Source of the DNA: Gammaproteobacteria bacterium
Lineage (GTDB): Bacteria > Pseudomonadota > Gammaproteobacteria > SZUA-152
Assembly: GCA_013152545.1 (NCBI GenBank)
Contig: JAADGF010000068.1
Location: forward strand, 27,400-91,399
DNA: 64,000 nucleotides
Direction: 5' to 3'
Below the pieces are notes generated by a model. That model saw nothing but the letters and a program-made list of their open reading frames with translations. It was not told the origin of the DNA and did not search any database. How positions within the stretch are numbered: the stretch's first letter is position 1; each line of letters opens with the position of its first letter. Shown here one piece after another: positions 8,126 through 19,256 of the stretch. The position numbers and the translations under genes are program-made.

Positions 8126-8236
8126 GGCATCTAAATTTGAACTCTTTTGAATATTTCTTTCGTATCGTCATTTCTATCTCCCTCCGTTAAGATGATTATC
8201 CTTAACTGGGGTGTACAAATCTATTGGACCACGTCA
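8126..8236 (-). mobile_element. IS3-family left end (IRL plus start of orfA, frameshifted)
   Basis: Minus strand TGACGTGGTCCAATAGATTTGTACACC is a TG-start IR. It is followed by a GGAGG RBS and MTIRKKYSKEFK(fs)LDA from ATG 8171. Confidence 0.75.
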
Positions 8237-8283
8237 CCTAACACCAGCAGATATAAACTTTACAAAACATTTTACAACTTCAA

Positions 8284-8306
8284 TAAAAAGCCCCTACATC
8301 AGGGGC
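8284..8306 (-). terminator. Intrinsic terminator of ssb
   Basis: GCCCCT-loop-AGGGGC stem followed by a T-run on the minus strand. Confidence 0.6.
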
Positions 8307-8347
8307 GCTTAAGGAATATATTTTACACTTATACTCTCAGGTGACTC

Positions 8348-8818
8348 CTAAAACGGAATATCGTCGTCAAAATCCGCAAAACCACCACCGGATGAAGATG
8401 ATGGGGCTGACTCTGCCGATGCCATAGCGGGTTGTGGTTTTGCACCACCAGCCCCTGTATTCATTGGGGCAGTACCGCCACCTCGGCTATCCAGCATTTG
8501 CATTTCGTTGGCAACAATTTCAGTGGTATAACGGTCTTGACCGTCCTGCCCTTGCCATTTACGGGTTTGCAAGCGGCCTTCTACATAGACCTTGGAACCT
8601 TTCTTCAGATACTCTCCAGCAATTTCCGCCAAACGCTTAAAAAACACCACCCGATGCCATTCGGTTTTTTCCACGTTTTCACCAGTGGATTTGTCTTTCC
8701 AGGTTTCGGACGTCGCAACGGTGATGTTACAAATAGGATCACCACTTGGCATGTATTTAACTTCGGGGTCTTTACCCAAATTACCGATCAAAATGACCTT
8801 ATTCACACCGCGAGCCAT
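8348..8818 (-). CDS. ssb: Single-stranded DNA-binding protein
   Basis: [20 protein letters not shown]-terminus and C-terminal DDDIPF. Confidence 0.98.
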   Translation of the reverse strand: MARGVNKVILIGNLGKDPEVKYMPSGDPICNITVATSETWKDKSTGENVEKTEWHRVVFFKRLAEIAGEYLKKGSKVYVEGRLQTRKWQGQDGQDRYTTEIVANEMQMLDSRGGGTAPMNTGAGGAKPQPAMASAESAPSSSSGGGFADFDDDIPF

Positions 8819-9074
8819 ATAGGTCTCCTTATTTTATCTTTCATATCAATATGTTATCAGTTATTTACATGGACATATGCTTATCGCCGATTTATTTCTC
8901 GCCCTGGCGCCTGATTTTATACCATTCAAGCCTGCCAACCTAGAGATTTTCACCTCAGTTAATATCGTGCTCAGCATCCTGCTTAGCCTCCTTTCCGTCT
9001 TTACTGCTATGCACTGATTTCGATCTAAACTGCAAGTGCACGATTAATAATCGAGCAGAGATAAATATTCTCAT

Positions 9075-10472
9075 TTAACTTACAGAATAGTATTGTAAGG
9101 CATCTCGATCCAATGCGTTTAAATCCACTTTTAAATAAGCAATTTGGTCTTCAATAACAATCACCGCTTCCGCAACGCCAGTAATGCCCGTTAGCTCTGT
9201 CACTAGACGCCTGGCGCGCTGCTCATCGACTTCACCCACTTTTATCATGTGACTGCTAAGATAACGCGGACTTTGCATGGTGGAGGCGAAGAAGAACCAA
9301 ACCACCGCCAATATCGCACACATACCAAAAACGGCCTCCATGCCAAAAGCACCGTGCAACCACCCGCCGAGGACTCCCCCGAAAAACGCGCCAATAAATT
9401 GCGAGCTGGAATACACGCCCATAGCAGTACCCTTACGGTCAGGGGACGCCATTTTAGCAATCAGTGATGGCAACGTGGCTTCCAAAATATTAAAGGCCAC
9501 AAAAAATAAAAACAGTGAAAAGACGATCCCTGCCAACGTATCGTGCATTAGCATGAAAACCACTTCGGCAACTGCCAGTGTCATAATAGCGGCCGTAAAC
9601 ACTTCTTTTAGGTGCCGCTTTTTTTCGGCTAATATTACAAAAGGCACCATCAGCGCCATCGATACCACCATAACAGGCAAATAAACATACCAATGACTTT
9701 CTGCTACCAAGCCTACCTCGTCACGTAGCGCCAGCGGCAACACCACAAAAGTGGCGGTTAACATCATGTGCAATACGAGTACTCCAAAATCCAAGCGGAG
9801 TAGTTGTTTGTCTTTAATCACGGTTTTCAGCTGTTGCGGCGCAGTTTGTGTGTCACGATGAAAACTGCTTCGCACCGGGTTCGGCACTATAAACGTTAAA
9901 ACAGCCACGGCCCCCAATGCTAAAACGGCGGTTAACCAAAATATACCTTGCACGCCTATCCACTGACTGAGTATGGGGCCTGCCACCAGTGATACCATAA
10001 AAGCAACTCCGATACTCATGCCGATCACTGCCATAGCAGACAATCGATTTTCCTCACGGGTTAAATCGGCCGTTAATGCCATCACTGCCGCTGCTATCGC
10101 ACCAGCACCTTGCAGCGCACGCCCTAAAATCACGCCGCCCATGGTGTCGGATAACGCGGCCACTACACTGCCAACAGCAAAAATTAACAAACCGAAGGTA
10201 ATCACTTTTTTGCGGCCGATTCGGTCGGACAGCATACCAAAAGGAATTTGCAGTAGAGCCTGGGTCAAGCCGTAAATACCAATGGCTATTCCCACTAACA
10301 TGGGGGTCATCCCTTCTAAATCTTCAGCATAAAGCGCGAATACTGGCAAAATCATAAATAACCCCATCATGCGCAAGGCATATATACTGGCTAATGAAAA
10401 TACCGCTTTTCGTTCGGTTCGGGTCATCCCGTCTTGATTTATTTTCTTGTGTGGCGGGTTTTTATCTATCAC
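9075..10472 (-). CDS. yajR: MFS transporter, YajR-like
   Basis: 12-TM pattern, MFS motif GMLSDRIGRK, C-terminal YAM-like domain (AYLKVD), and ssb-MFS-uvrA synteny. Confidence 0.85.
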   Translation of the reverse strand: MIDKNPPHKKINQDGMTRTERKAVFSLASIYALRMMGLFMILPVFALYAEDLEGMTPMLVGIAIGIYGLTQALLQIPFGMLSDRIGRKKVITFGLLIFAVGSVVAALSDTMGGVILGRALQGAGAIAAAVMALTADLTREENRLSAMAVIGMSIGVAFMVSLVAGPILSQWIGVQGIFWLTAVLALGAVAVLTFIVPNPVRSSFHRDTQTAPQQLKTVIKDKQLLRLDFGVLVLHMMLTATFVVLPLALRDEVGLVAESHWYVYLPVMVVSMALMVPFVILAEKKRHLKEVFTAAIMTLAVAEVVFMLMHDTLAGIVFSLFLFFVAFNILEATLPSLIAKMASPDRKGTAMGVYSSSQFIGAFFGGVLGGWLHGAFGMEAVFGMCAILAVVWFFFASTMQSPRYLSSHMIKVGEVDEQRARRLVTELTGITGVAEAVIVIEDQIAYLKVDLNALDRDALQYYSVS

Positions 10473-10545
10473 TCCTATTAGTTCCTTTGCGTAGAGTATG
10501 GGAAACGACGTATATTAGCAGGTTAAGCTATCACCGGAAATCAAG

Positions 10546-13389
10546 ATGGACTATATTCAGTTACGTGGCGTTAGAACGCACAATCTAAAAAATATCGATT
10601 TAACGCTACCTCGCGGGAAACTTATTGTTTTTACAGGACTTTCTGGGTCCGGTAAATCATCATTGGCATTTGACACGATTTACGCAGAAGGCCAGCGGCG
10701 CTATGTGGAATCGCTATCCAGTTATGCCCGGCAGTTTTTGTCTATTATGGAGAAACCCGATGTGGATCACATTGAAGGTCTTTCTCCTGCCATCTCAATT
10801 GAACAAAAGTCAACGTCACATAATCCTCGATCCACGGTAGGAACAATTACAGAAATTTACGATTACCTGCGCCTGCTGTTTGCCCGCGCCGGGCTACCAA
10901 AATGCCCGGATCACAATATCCAATTAGAAGCGCAAACGGTTAGCCAAATGGTTGACCAGGTATTGGCATTGCCAGAGGGTAGCAAGCTCATGCTGCTCGC
11001 GCCTGTGATTCGCAACCGCAAGGGGGAACACCTTCATTTAATCAATGACTTACGTGCCCAAGGTTATATTCGTGCGCGCATCAACGGTGAAATACACGAA
11101 CTGGACACTGCACCAGCATTAGAGCTTCATAAAAAACACACCATTGAAGTCGTAGTGGATCGATTTAAAGTCCGTGTTGACATACAACAACGCCTAGCGG
11201 ATTCTTTTGAAACAGCCTTGGCACTAACAAGCGGCGTCGCGTCAATTGCATTTATGGACGAAACAACAAAAGCCGACATTGTTTTTTCATCGCAATTTGC
11301 TTGTGCCCAGTGCGGTTATTCTATCCCCGAACTTGAACCCAGGATGTTTTCATTTAACAACCCAAGCGGCGCCTGCGCTAGCTGCGATGGCTTGGGGATT
11401 AAACAGTTTTTTGACCCATCACGTGTGGTATTACATCCGCAACTGAGTTTGCCCGCTGGCGCTATACGTGGCTGGGATCATCGTAATGCGTATTATTTTC
11501 AAATGATACAATCATTGGCGAAGCACTATCAATTCGATATTGATCGTAACTTTAACAAGCTACCTAAAGGTATTCAGGAAATTATTCTTTATGGCAGCAA
11601 AGATGAGAAAATTACGTTCCAGTACCACAGTGACCGAACGGGCGCTAGAAAAAAGAAGCAACCCTTTGAAGGAATTATCCCCAATATGGAGCGACGTTAC
11701 CGTGAAACAGATTCTAGCGTAGTGCGGGAGGAACTGGCCAAATATTTAAGCAATCAACCCTGCCCTAACTGCGCTGGTACACGTTTAGCCAAACCCTCCC
11801 GCAATGTCTTTATTGCCGATTATGCATTGCCGGACATTACCGCATTATCGGTGGAGAAAGCCCATGTTTTTTTTAATCACCTTGATTTACCCGGTCGCCG
11901 TGGAAAAATCGCCGATAAAATCGTCAGTGAAATCAGTCAGCGACTCAATTTTTTAGTCAATGTGGGGTTAGATTATTTAACCCTGGAAAGAAGTGCTGAT
12001 ACATTATCAGGCGGTGAAGCACAACGTATTCGACTTGCCAGCCAAATTGGTGCCGGGCTTGTGGGTGTAATGTACATCCTGGACGAACCATCCATTGGCT
12101 TACACCAACGCGACAATCAACGCCTGCTAGACACTCTGACTTATTTGCGCGATATGGGCAACACGGTTATTGTGGTGGAACATGACGAAGATGCGATTTT
12201 AGCCGCCGATTATGTGGTGGATATCGGGCCAGGCGCTGGCATTCACGGCGGGGAAATTATTGCGCAGGGAACACCACAGCAAATACTATCGGAACACGCC
12301 TCTATCACAGGCCAATATCTGTCGGGTAAAAAATGCATCAACATCCCAACACAACGAACACCGATCGACCATTCCAGACTCATCAAAATTAACGGCGCAG
12401 CAGGGAATAATTTAAAAAATGTCAATGTAGCCATCCCTATCGGGTTAATGACCACTGTTACTGGCGTCTCAGGGTCGGGGAAATCCACCCTGATTAACGA
12501 CACCTTGTTCCGTTTTGCCGCCAAGCATATTAACGGTAACCCAAATGATCCCGCCGAATATAAAAGCATTAACGGTTTAAATGAATTTGACAAAGTGGTT
12601 GATATCGACCAAAGCCCCATTGGCCGTACACCACGCTCCAACCCGGCAACCTATGCGGGATTATTTACACCCATTCGGGATTTATTTGCAGGCACTCAGG
12701 AAGCCAGATCCCGCGGTTACAATCCTGGACGGTTTAGTTTCAATGTTAAAGGCGGCCGTTGTGAAGCATGTAAAGGGGATGGCGTGATCAAAGTGGAAAT
12801 GCATTTTCTACCGGATATTTATGTGCCCTGTGATGTTTGCAAAGGAAAACGCTATAACCGAGAGACATTGGAAATAAAATATAAGGGACAAAATATTTAC
12901 CAGGTACTGGAAATGACCGTGGAGGATGCCCATGAGTTTTTTAGTGCGGTTCCGGTACTGGCTCGAAAACTACGAACATTGATCGACGTTGGTTTGAGTT
13001 ACGTTCGCCTGGGACAAAGCGCAACAACACTATCCGGTGGTGAAGCACAACGCGTTAAACTTTCAAGGGAACTGTCAAAACGCGATACTGGCAACACACT
13101 GTATATTCTTGACGAACCCACCACAGGATTGCATTTCCACGACATTGAGCTATTGCTTGAAGTATTACATCGATTACGCGACCATGGCAACACCATCGTT
13201 GTTATTGAACATAATCTGGATGTCATCAAAACCGCTGACTGGATTGTTGATCTTGGCCCTGAAGGAGGCGACAAAGGAGGCACTATTGTCGTTGCGGGCA
13301 CCCCTGAGGATGTGGCTGCGCATAAAAAATCATACACGGGCCAGTTTCTGAAGGAAATACTCAACAAACAAATGCCCATCATAGCCTAG
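10546..13389 (+). CDS. uvrA: Excinuclease ABC subunit A
   Basis: Two Walker A motifs ([18 protein letters not shown]), LSGGEAQR twice, and zinc fingers. Confidence 0.99.
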   Translation: MDYIQLRGVRTHNLKNIDLTLPRGKLIVFTGLSGSGKSSLAFDTIYAEGQRRYVESLSSYARQFLSIMEKPDVDHIEGLSPAISIEQKSTSHNPRSTVGTITEIYDYLRLLFARAGLPKCPDHNIQLEAQTVSQMVDQVLALPEGSKLMLLAPVIRNRKGEHLHLINDLRAQGYIRARINGEIHELDTAPALELHKKHTIEVVVDRFKVRVDIQQRLADSFETALALTSGVASIAFMDETTKADIVFSSQFACAQCGYSIPELEPRMFSFNNPSGACASCDGLGIKQFFDPSRVVLHPQLSLPAGAIRGWDHRNAYYFQMIQSLAKHYQFDIDRNFNKLPKGIQEIILYGSKDEKITFQYHSDRTGARKKKQPFEGIIPNMERRYRETDSSVVREELAKYLSNQPCPNCAGTRLAKPSRNVFIADYALPDITALSVEKAHVFFNHLDLPGRRGKIADKIVSEISQRLNFLVNVGLDYLTLERSADTLSGGEAQRIRLASQIGAGLVGVMYILDEPSIGLHQRDNQRLLDTLTYLRDMGNTVIVVEHDEDAILAADYVVDIGPGAGIHGGEIIAQGTPQQILSEHASITGQYLSGKKCINIPTQRTPIDHSRLIKINGAAGNNLKNVNVAIPIGLMTTVTGVSGSGKSTLINDTLFRFAAKHINGNPNDPAEYKSINGLNEFDKVVDIDQSPIGRTPRSNPATYAGLFTPIRDLFAGTQEARSRGYNPGRFSFNVKGGRCEACKGDGVIKVEMHFLPDIYVPCDVCKGKRYNRETLEIKYKGQNIYQVLEMTVEDAHEFFSAVPVLARKLRTLIDVGLSYVRLGQSATTLSGGEAQRVKLSRELSKRDTGNTLYILDEPTTGLHFHDIELLLEVLHRLRDHGNTIVVIEHNLDVIKTADWIVDLGPEGGDKGGTIVVAGTPEDVAAHKKSYTGQFLKEILNKQMPIIA

Positions 13390-13459
13390 GGGTGTCCGAG
13401 AATAGAAAGCCTACTGCGAAAACGCCATATTGGCCCATTTTTACGATCATTTTCGTTAA
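13386..13459 (+). mobile_element. CTAG-targeting MITE family B, truncated
   Basis: CTAG (overlapping the uvrA TAG) then GGGTGTCCGAGAATAGAAAGCCTACTGCGAAAACGCCA, near-identical to the 40558 copy. Confidence 0.75.
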
Positions 13460-13461
13460 CT

Positions 13462-13584
13462 CAAGAGTCCCGAGTTTTCTGCAACTATTTGATTTTATTC
13501 ATATTGAACATTTTTCTGCATATCCATGAATGCTTGATAAATCAATCAGTCACAAATACGCCATCGAGAAGTTCCGGGCTCTTG
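13462..13584. mobile_element. MITE-like element with CAAGAG TIRs
   Basis: CAAGAGTCCCGAGTTTTCT ... AGAAGTTCCGGGCTCTTG imperfect inverted repeats around an AT-rich core. Confidence 0.45.
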
Positions 13585-13669
13585 CGGGGAATTTCAACAT
13601 CACCATGGAATGAAGACAGCGTACAATAAAACCGAAATCTCAAACGCCACGAGTATAGATACTATTCAT

Positions 13670-15505
13670 CTAGATCACTTTCTTCCGTTCCGCTATCCAA
13701 TCGTAAAGTTCATCAATCGGCATTGGTCTACCGTAATAATAGCCTTGAACCTGATCACAGTTCATTTCCTTGAGCAACGTAACGGTCTGACTGTCTTCTA
13801 CACCTTCAGCAATGACCCGCAAACCAAATTTATGCCCCATTTCGATGGTTGTTCCTACAATCAATTTATCATCTTCATCGTTTGCCATATCTTTGATGAA
13901 GGCACGATCAATTTTCATTTCATTGACAGGTAATCGTTTCAGGTAAGCCAGTGAGGAGTAACCGGTACCATAGTCATCAATGGAAATTTGAACCCCCATA
14001 TTATTAAGCCGATGAAGTACATTTAATCCCAGTGACGGGTCGCGCATCATCGCACTCTCGGTAATCTCCATAATCATCCGATCCGGAGCAATGTCATTTT
14101 TTTCTAATAACATTTTGGTATACCCCACTAAGCAATCGTCGCGCAGACAGGTTGCGGAAATATTCACCGCAATGGGGATATCTATAGCGGAACCGGAAAA
14201 TTCCACTGACTGCCGCATGGCTGTATTCATAACCCATACTGTTAGCGGTTTTATAACACTATTTTGCTCAGCTAAAGGTATAAAGTCATTGGGTGGAATA
14301 AAACCATGCACGGGATGCATCCACCTGAGCAAAGCCTCCACACCAGAAACACAACCTGTTTTGATGTTTATTTTAGGTTGATATACAAGAAACAGTTCAT
14401 TGGTATTAATAGCTTTTCGCAAATCAGAAATCAATGCTAACCGCAACGGATCATAGTGATCGATATCGGCAGAGTACACCACAACAGGTCGACCACTTTG
14501 TCTGGCTTTGTACAATGCTACATCTGCCTGGCGAAACAAACTATCAACTTCTGTGCTATGACGCGGCGCCAACGCAATACCGATTTGAGCCGTTATTTCC
14601 AGCACCAACCCCGGCAGTTCATAAGGAAGCGCCAGGGCAGATAAAATTCTGTGCGCCAACAACACCGCTTTCTCTTCCGAACTCAAGCCGCGCAGCACTA
14701 TAAGGAATTTACTGCCATAAAAACGCGCCACAAAATGGCCGGATTGCCCTTCAATAGGACTATCCAGCGAAATTTTATGAACGGTATCACGAAGACGCTG
14801 CAAAGTCATTCCTAATATCGTGTCTGCACTTTCAGAACCGAGTGTTTTGCAAATATCACCAAAATTTTCGAACGAAAACAACAATACAGCCAATGATTGT
14901 TTAGTGTATTTAAGCGCCTGAAGGGAATCGGTTATTTTATGATAAAGTTGTGTGGAATTTTCATTGCCAGTTAATCCTGCATTGTCACCGCAGGATATCT
15001 GTTGATGTAACTCGCCGGAGGTATTAACACAGCTGTCTTTTTCTTTTTCAGCCACGACTGAAATTTCCGCCGCTTCTATCGCCCTATGACTGCATATGCT
15101 TTTTGTCAAAAAATAATGCTCTAATAATATCTGAACCCTACAAATAATTTTTATTTCATGAGTCGGCACCACCAAATAATCTTTTGCGCCAAGCTTTAAC
15201 ACCTGCTCCATTTTTTCGGTCTCACGTTGACGCGATAAAGCTAAAATAGGCACACCACCAAGATTCAATCGTTCTGTAAGGTTTTTTAACACATTCAAAG
15301 CGTTTACACTTTTCAGATCCACATTGAATAAAATCAAATCAGGCGCGGTATCCCGTAAACACTGATCAATATTCTGATTAGGCATTATGCTGAATATTTC
15401 TTTAAAACCTCGCCCATTTAGAATTTTTTTCAAACCATACAAATTTACGGCATCATCGTCAAACAATAAAATACGTGCGGTTTGTAATTGTTTCTGTTCA
15501 ATCAC
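13670..15505 (-). CDS. Pseudo-REC + degenerate GGDEF + EAL c-di-GMP phosphodiesterase
   Basis: EALLRW, DDYGTGYSS and IAEGVE are intact. GGDEF is replaced by YGSKF, and the REC phospho-Asp by N (DLILFNV). Confidence 0.88.
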   Translation of the reverse strand: MIEQKQLQTARILLFDDDAVNLYGLKKILNGRGFKEIFSIMPNQNIDQCLRDTAPDLILFNVDLKSVNALNVLKNLTERLNLGGVPILALSRQRETEKMEQVLKLGAKDYLVVPTHEIKIICRVQILLEHYFLTKSICSHRAIEAAEISVVAEKEKDSCVNTSGELHQQISCGDNAGLTGNENSTQLYHKITDSLQALKYTKQSLAVLLFSFENFGDICKTLGSESADTILGMTLQRLRDTVHKISLDSPIEGQSGHFVARFYGSKFLIVLRGLSSEEKAVLLAHRILSALALPYELPGLVLEITAQIGIALAPRHSTEVDSLFRQADVALYKARQSGRPVVVYSADIDHYDPLRLALISDLRKAINTNELFLVYQPKINIKTGCVSGVEALLRWMHPVHGFIPPNDFIPLAEQNSVIKPLTVWVMNTAMRQSVEFSGSAIDIPIAVNISATCLRDDCLVGYTKMLLEKNDIAPDRMIMEITESAMMRDPSLGLNVLHRLNNMGVQISIDDYGTGYSSLAYLKRLPVNEMKIDRAFIKDMANDEDDKLIVGTTIEMGHKFGLRVIAEGVEDSQTVTLLKEMNCDQVQGYYYGRPMPIDELYDWIAERKKVI

Positions 15506-15914
15506 CGTATATTCCAGTTACTCAATTTCCCGCAAAAAACCCATTAACATAAGCGTATCAGAGTATGTATCGAATCCAGCGGCATTTTTCTTTAAGTTTT
15601 TCGTTAGACGACGATTTCAATAAAACACGACACCCAAGTAAACTTTTGAAATATAGAACAAACATGAAGCAATAATAATGATAAAAAGCCATTAGCATTA
15701 AGCGTTCGCGAATATATTTGGCCACTTCAAAATCAAGACTTTACGATTTTGACCGTAACACTATACCAGGAAACTCGGATTATCCTGCGTTTTGGCCTAA
15801 TCCCTGCCATATGAGCAGAACCAATAACGTCGGAAAATACCCGGCTACACAAAACATTAATGACTAGGCAATAGTAAATTCATCAAAATCACAAATGAAT
15901 TACCATAAAAATTA

Positions 15915-18716
15915 TTGATGATACAAAGCACACCGGAAGGTAACCAAACTCTGTTCGACCTAATGCCTGTGGAAATTTTATTGCAGTTAACCGCACTCGC
16001 TATTTTTACAACACATTATTGGGATATCCTACCAAGGCACGTTGTATTCGAGTTTATTGCTATTGTTATTAGCGTTAATTTAGTGCGGTTTTGTTTGGTA
16101 TTTACTTTGCGCTATTTCGGCAACACTAAAGCTGACGGACTGGGGAAACATGCGACGATTAGTTTCTTTGCCGGAAACATTTTAGCCGGATTAAGCTGGG
16201 GTGCCGGCTTTGTTTTGTTAAGTATGAATCAACCCCAGTTTTCGTTATCAGACTCCATCGTACCGGTATTAATGGCGGGAGTGGTAATGGCAAGTCTTGC
16301 CGGGTCAGCGCTATGGTCAGGGTTATTCATTTCATTCGCAATTCCTGCACTATTAACCCCCTTAGCATTTTTAGTTTATCAGGCATCATATGCTGAAACA
16401 ACGATCTGGGGACAGCTCATGCTGGTTTCTTTACTCATGTTTTGGGGGGCAACACGTTCTGAAAAATCCTTTCGCCGTTACCGCCAGTTGGGTAGACAGA
16501 ACATTAAACTTGTACAAGCGCTCGCCGTCGCCAAGGAAAACTCCGAAGTACACGCTTTAGCGCTTGAACGTACGCACTGTAATCTTAAAAAAGAAATGCT
16601 TGAACGCAAAGCGGTGGAGAAAAAAATAAGAGCCTCCGAAAAAGAAACCGCTCGCATTCTCTACGACATGCAAGACACCTACTTTCAAGTCGACTCCCGT
16701 GGTCTGATTAAACGCTTATCCCCTTCTATTCAAACACTAACAGGTCATTCAACAAAATCCCTGATTAACAGCCGGTTTATTGATTTATTCACCTTGCCCT
16801 GGGAGTACAAGGCACTACTAGAGAAACTCAACATGCAATCTGGATCAATACAAAGCTATGAAGCACGCTTAAAGAATACATTGGGTCATGATATTTGGGT
16901 CTCTTTCAATGTACATTACTCAAGTAACGGTTCAGATAAAACACAAGGGTTCGAAGGCACTGCCAGGGACATTACTGACAACAAAAATGCTGCTGAAAAT
17001 TTATTTCAAGAAAAAGAACGCTTACACGTCACGCTGGAATCCATCGGTGACGGTGTCATTACCACAAACATAAAAGGTAACGTCGTCTACCTTAATCCGG
17101 TCGCTGAAAAAATGACTGGCTGGGATGAGGCTGAAGCAAAAGGAAAGCCGCTCAATGACATATTAACACTGACAGACGAAAACAATCGCCGCCCGGTAAC
17201 GATACCACTCACCAAGTGGTTACAGCAAAAATGCTGCGCACAACTATCTAACCCCGCAACGTTAATCAACAAAACCTTGGACAAAGAGTTTACTATTGAA
17301 TTATCCGGTTCGCCATTGCGCGATTCAGAAAATACAACGATTGGTGCCGTATTTGTCTTTCATAACGTCACCAAGCTTCGCACCTTAACCAAACAACTCA
17401 CATACCAAGCAACACATGACTCGCTAACTGGCTTGATTAACCGTCGGGAATTTGAGTCTCGACTTGAACAAGCGATTAAAAGTGTTCGCAAAAGTGAAAA
17501 AAATCACGCCATACTGTATGTGGATCTGGATCGTTTTAAAACAGTCAATGACACTTGCGGTCACCATGTTGGTGACGAGTTACTAAAAAAACTCACCGTA
17601 AGAATACAGGGGTTATTGCGAGAATCAGACACGTTGGCACGGCTTGGCGGTGATGAGTTCGGAATATTGTTAATTGGTTGCCCACCAAAAAAAGCAGCTA
17701 GAATAGCGGAAACGATTCGAGCTAGCGTGGAAAGATATCGATTCACCTGGGAGGAGCATACATTTCGAGTGGGCACAAGTATAGGTCTAGCCCCCATTAC
17801 CACAAAAACACATGATGTAACTGAGCTACTCAGAGCAGCTGACTCGGCTTGCTATGAAGCTAAAGAAGCTGGCCGCAACCGAGTCCATTTATACCGACAA
17901 AGTAACAAGGCAATTGCTCGCCAACAAGAACAAGTGCAGTGGGTACAACGCATCCACCTAGCTCTTAAAAAACAATTATTTGAACTATACTTTCAACCTA
18001 TTGTAGCGGTAAACAACGTGCAAGGTGATTTTATTGGTGGTGAGCTGTTGGTACGCATGGTTGATGATAAAAAACCATCACCGCACAACAGCATCCCACC
18101 GAACGCATTTATACCGTCAGCTGAACGCTATCAACTTATGCCGCTCGTCGACCGTTGGGTAATATCAAAGTCTTTCAGCTTATTGGATAAACATAAACAC
18201 GTTTTAGACACCTGGAACATGTGCAGTATCAACCTTTCAGGTCAGTCGCTTGGGAACATCGGTGTGCTGGATCATATTATTGCATTACTGAAAAAAACGC
18301 AGATACCAGCAAATCGGCTTTGTTTTGAAATTACCGAAAGTGTGTTAATCTCCAACTTCGATCATGCACATGAATTTATGGCAACGTTGCAAAAACTAGG
18401 GTGCCAATTTGCGTTAGATGACTTCGGTACTGGCTTAAGCTCTTTTTCCTATTTAAAAAACCTGCCTACTGATTATGTGAAATTGGACAGCGAACTGGTA
18501 AGAAATATCGCAAAAGATAAAACCAGCTATGCAATGGTCAAAGCAATCAATCAGGTTGCTCATGCAATGAATATTAAAACCATTGCCAAACACGTCGAGA
18601 CCACGAATACACTACAGGCACTTCAAAAAATGTCGGTAGACTATGCCCAAGGTTTTGTCATTGCGCCCCCAAAAGCGTTCCCGGTAATTCCCCCCAGTAT
18701 CACAAAAGCATCATAA
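15915..18716 (+). CDS. Membrane PAS-PAS-GGDEF-EAL protein
   Basis: N-terminal TM helices, two PAS domains, RLGGDEF, ELLVR and DDFGTG. The final EAL motif reads IAKHVE. Confidence 0.9.
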   Translation: MMIQSTPEGNQTLFDLMPVEILLQLTALAIFTTHYWDILPRHVVFEFIAIVISVNLVRFCLVFTLRYFGNTKADGLGKHATISFFAGNILAGLSWGAGFVLLSMNQPQFSLSDSIVPVLMAGVVMASLAGSALWSGLFISFAIPALLTPLAFLVYQASYAETTIWGQLMLVSLLMFWGATRSEKSFRRYRQLGRQNIKLVQALAVAKENSEVHALALERTHCNLKKEMLERKAVEKKIRASEKETARILYDMQDTYFQVDSRGLIKRLSPSIQTLTGHSTKSLINSRFIDLFTLPWEYKALLEKLNMQSGSIQSYEARLKNTLGHDIWVSFNVHYSSNGSDKTQGFEGTARDITDNKNAAENLFQEKERLHVTLESIGDGVITTNIKGNVVYLNPVAEKMTGWDEAEAKGKPLNDILTLTDENNRRPVTIPLTKWLQQKCCAQLSNPATLINKTLDKEFTIELSGSPLRDSENTTIGAVFVFHNVTKLRTLTKQLTYQATHDSLTGLINRREFESRLEQAIKSVRKSEKNHAILYVDLDRFKTVNDTCGHHVGDELLKKLTVRIQGLLRESDTLARLGGDEFGILLIGCPPKKAARIAETIRASVERYRFTWEEHTFRVGTSIGLAPITTKTHDVTELLRAADSACYEAKEAGRNRVHLYRQSNKAIARQQEQVQWVQRIHLALKKQLFELYFQPIVAVNNVQGDFIGGELLVRMVDDKKPSPHNSIPPNAFIPSAERYQLMPLVDRWVISKSFSLLDKHKHVLDTWNMCSINLSGQSLGNIGVLDHIIALLKKTQIPANRLCFEITESVLISNFDHAHEFMATLQKLGCQFALDDFGTGLSSFSYLKNLPTDYVKLDSELVRNIAKDKTSYAMVKAINQVAHAMNIKTIAKHVETTNTLQALQKMSVDYAQGFVIAPPKAFPVIPPSITKAS

Positions 18717-18811
18717 CAACCCTAATGCTACCGAGTGCACCATCAAGACTTTGTTGACGATATGCTTGTACGAATTACTCCTGTTGCAATTACGTTTAAA
18801 AACGACGAGCA

Positions 18812-19246
18812 TTACCCAACTATTGCTGTCATGATAATAACCGCCGCAATAACAGCCAAGCTACCGAAAAGAAACTGCTTCTCCTTAAACAGCATGAATG
18901 CTGCCCCAAGAATACCAGGAATAACCGAAAAGACACCCAATGCAATTCCCCCAGCCATCAGACCATTGCCAGTAAAAAGTTGCGACAAATACCAATGCCC
19001 ATTGGGTTGAGCGCCAACAGCATCCGTCCAAATTTGTTCAACTGTTCTGCCTTCCCATATGGATGATAATAAATAAGAAGGATCGATGTAGTTATTGTCA
19101 GTAACAAAGGTCATAACAGAACCTGCAATAACAATAAAAGTTGCCGTAATCGTACCCCAATAGATAATATCACCATAAACTATCCCTGCGATAGGCACAA
19201 CGGGGCGATCATCCTCATGGTTAATCTTGTGATTTTGTTCTTTCAT
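18812..19246 (-). CDS. DUF1634-like membrane protein, partner of TauE
   Basis: 3-TM protein directly downstream of tauE. ATG 19246 has an AGGAG RBS. Confidence 0.65.
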   Translation of the reverse strand: MKEQNHKINHEDDRPVVPIAGIVYGDIIYWGTITATFIVIAGSVMTFVTDNNYIDPSYLLSSIWEGRTVEQIWTDAVGAQPNGHWYLSQLFTGNGLMAGGIALGVFSVIPGILGAAFMLFKEKQFLFGSLAVIAAVIIMTAIVG

Positions 19247-19256
19247 GTTATTACTC

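Noticed and set aside
8432-8914. Long antisense ORFs over ssb, rplS, trmD, aguB and other genes
   Set aside because: They are shadow frames of conserved genes with no independent coding signals.
8819-10545. LexA (SOS) box for ssb/uvrA
   Set aside because: No CTGT-N8-ACAG was found in either intergenic region.
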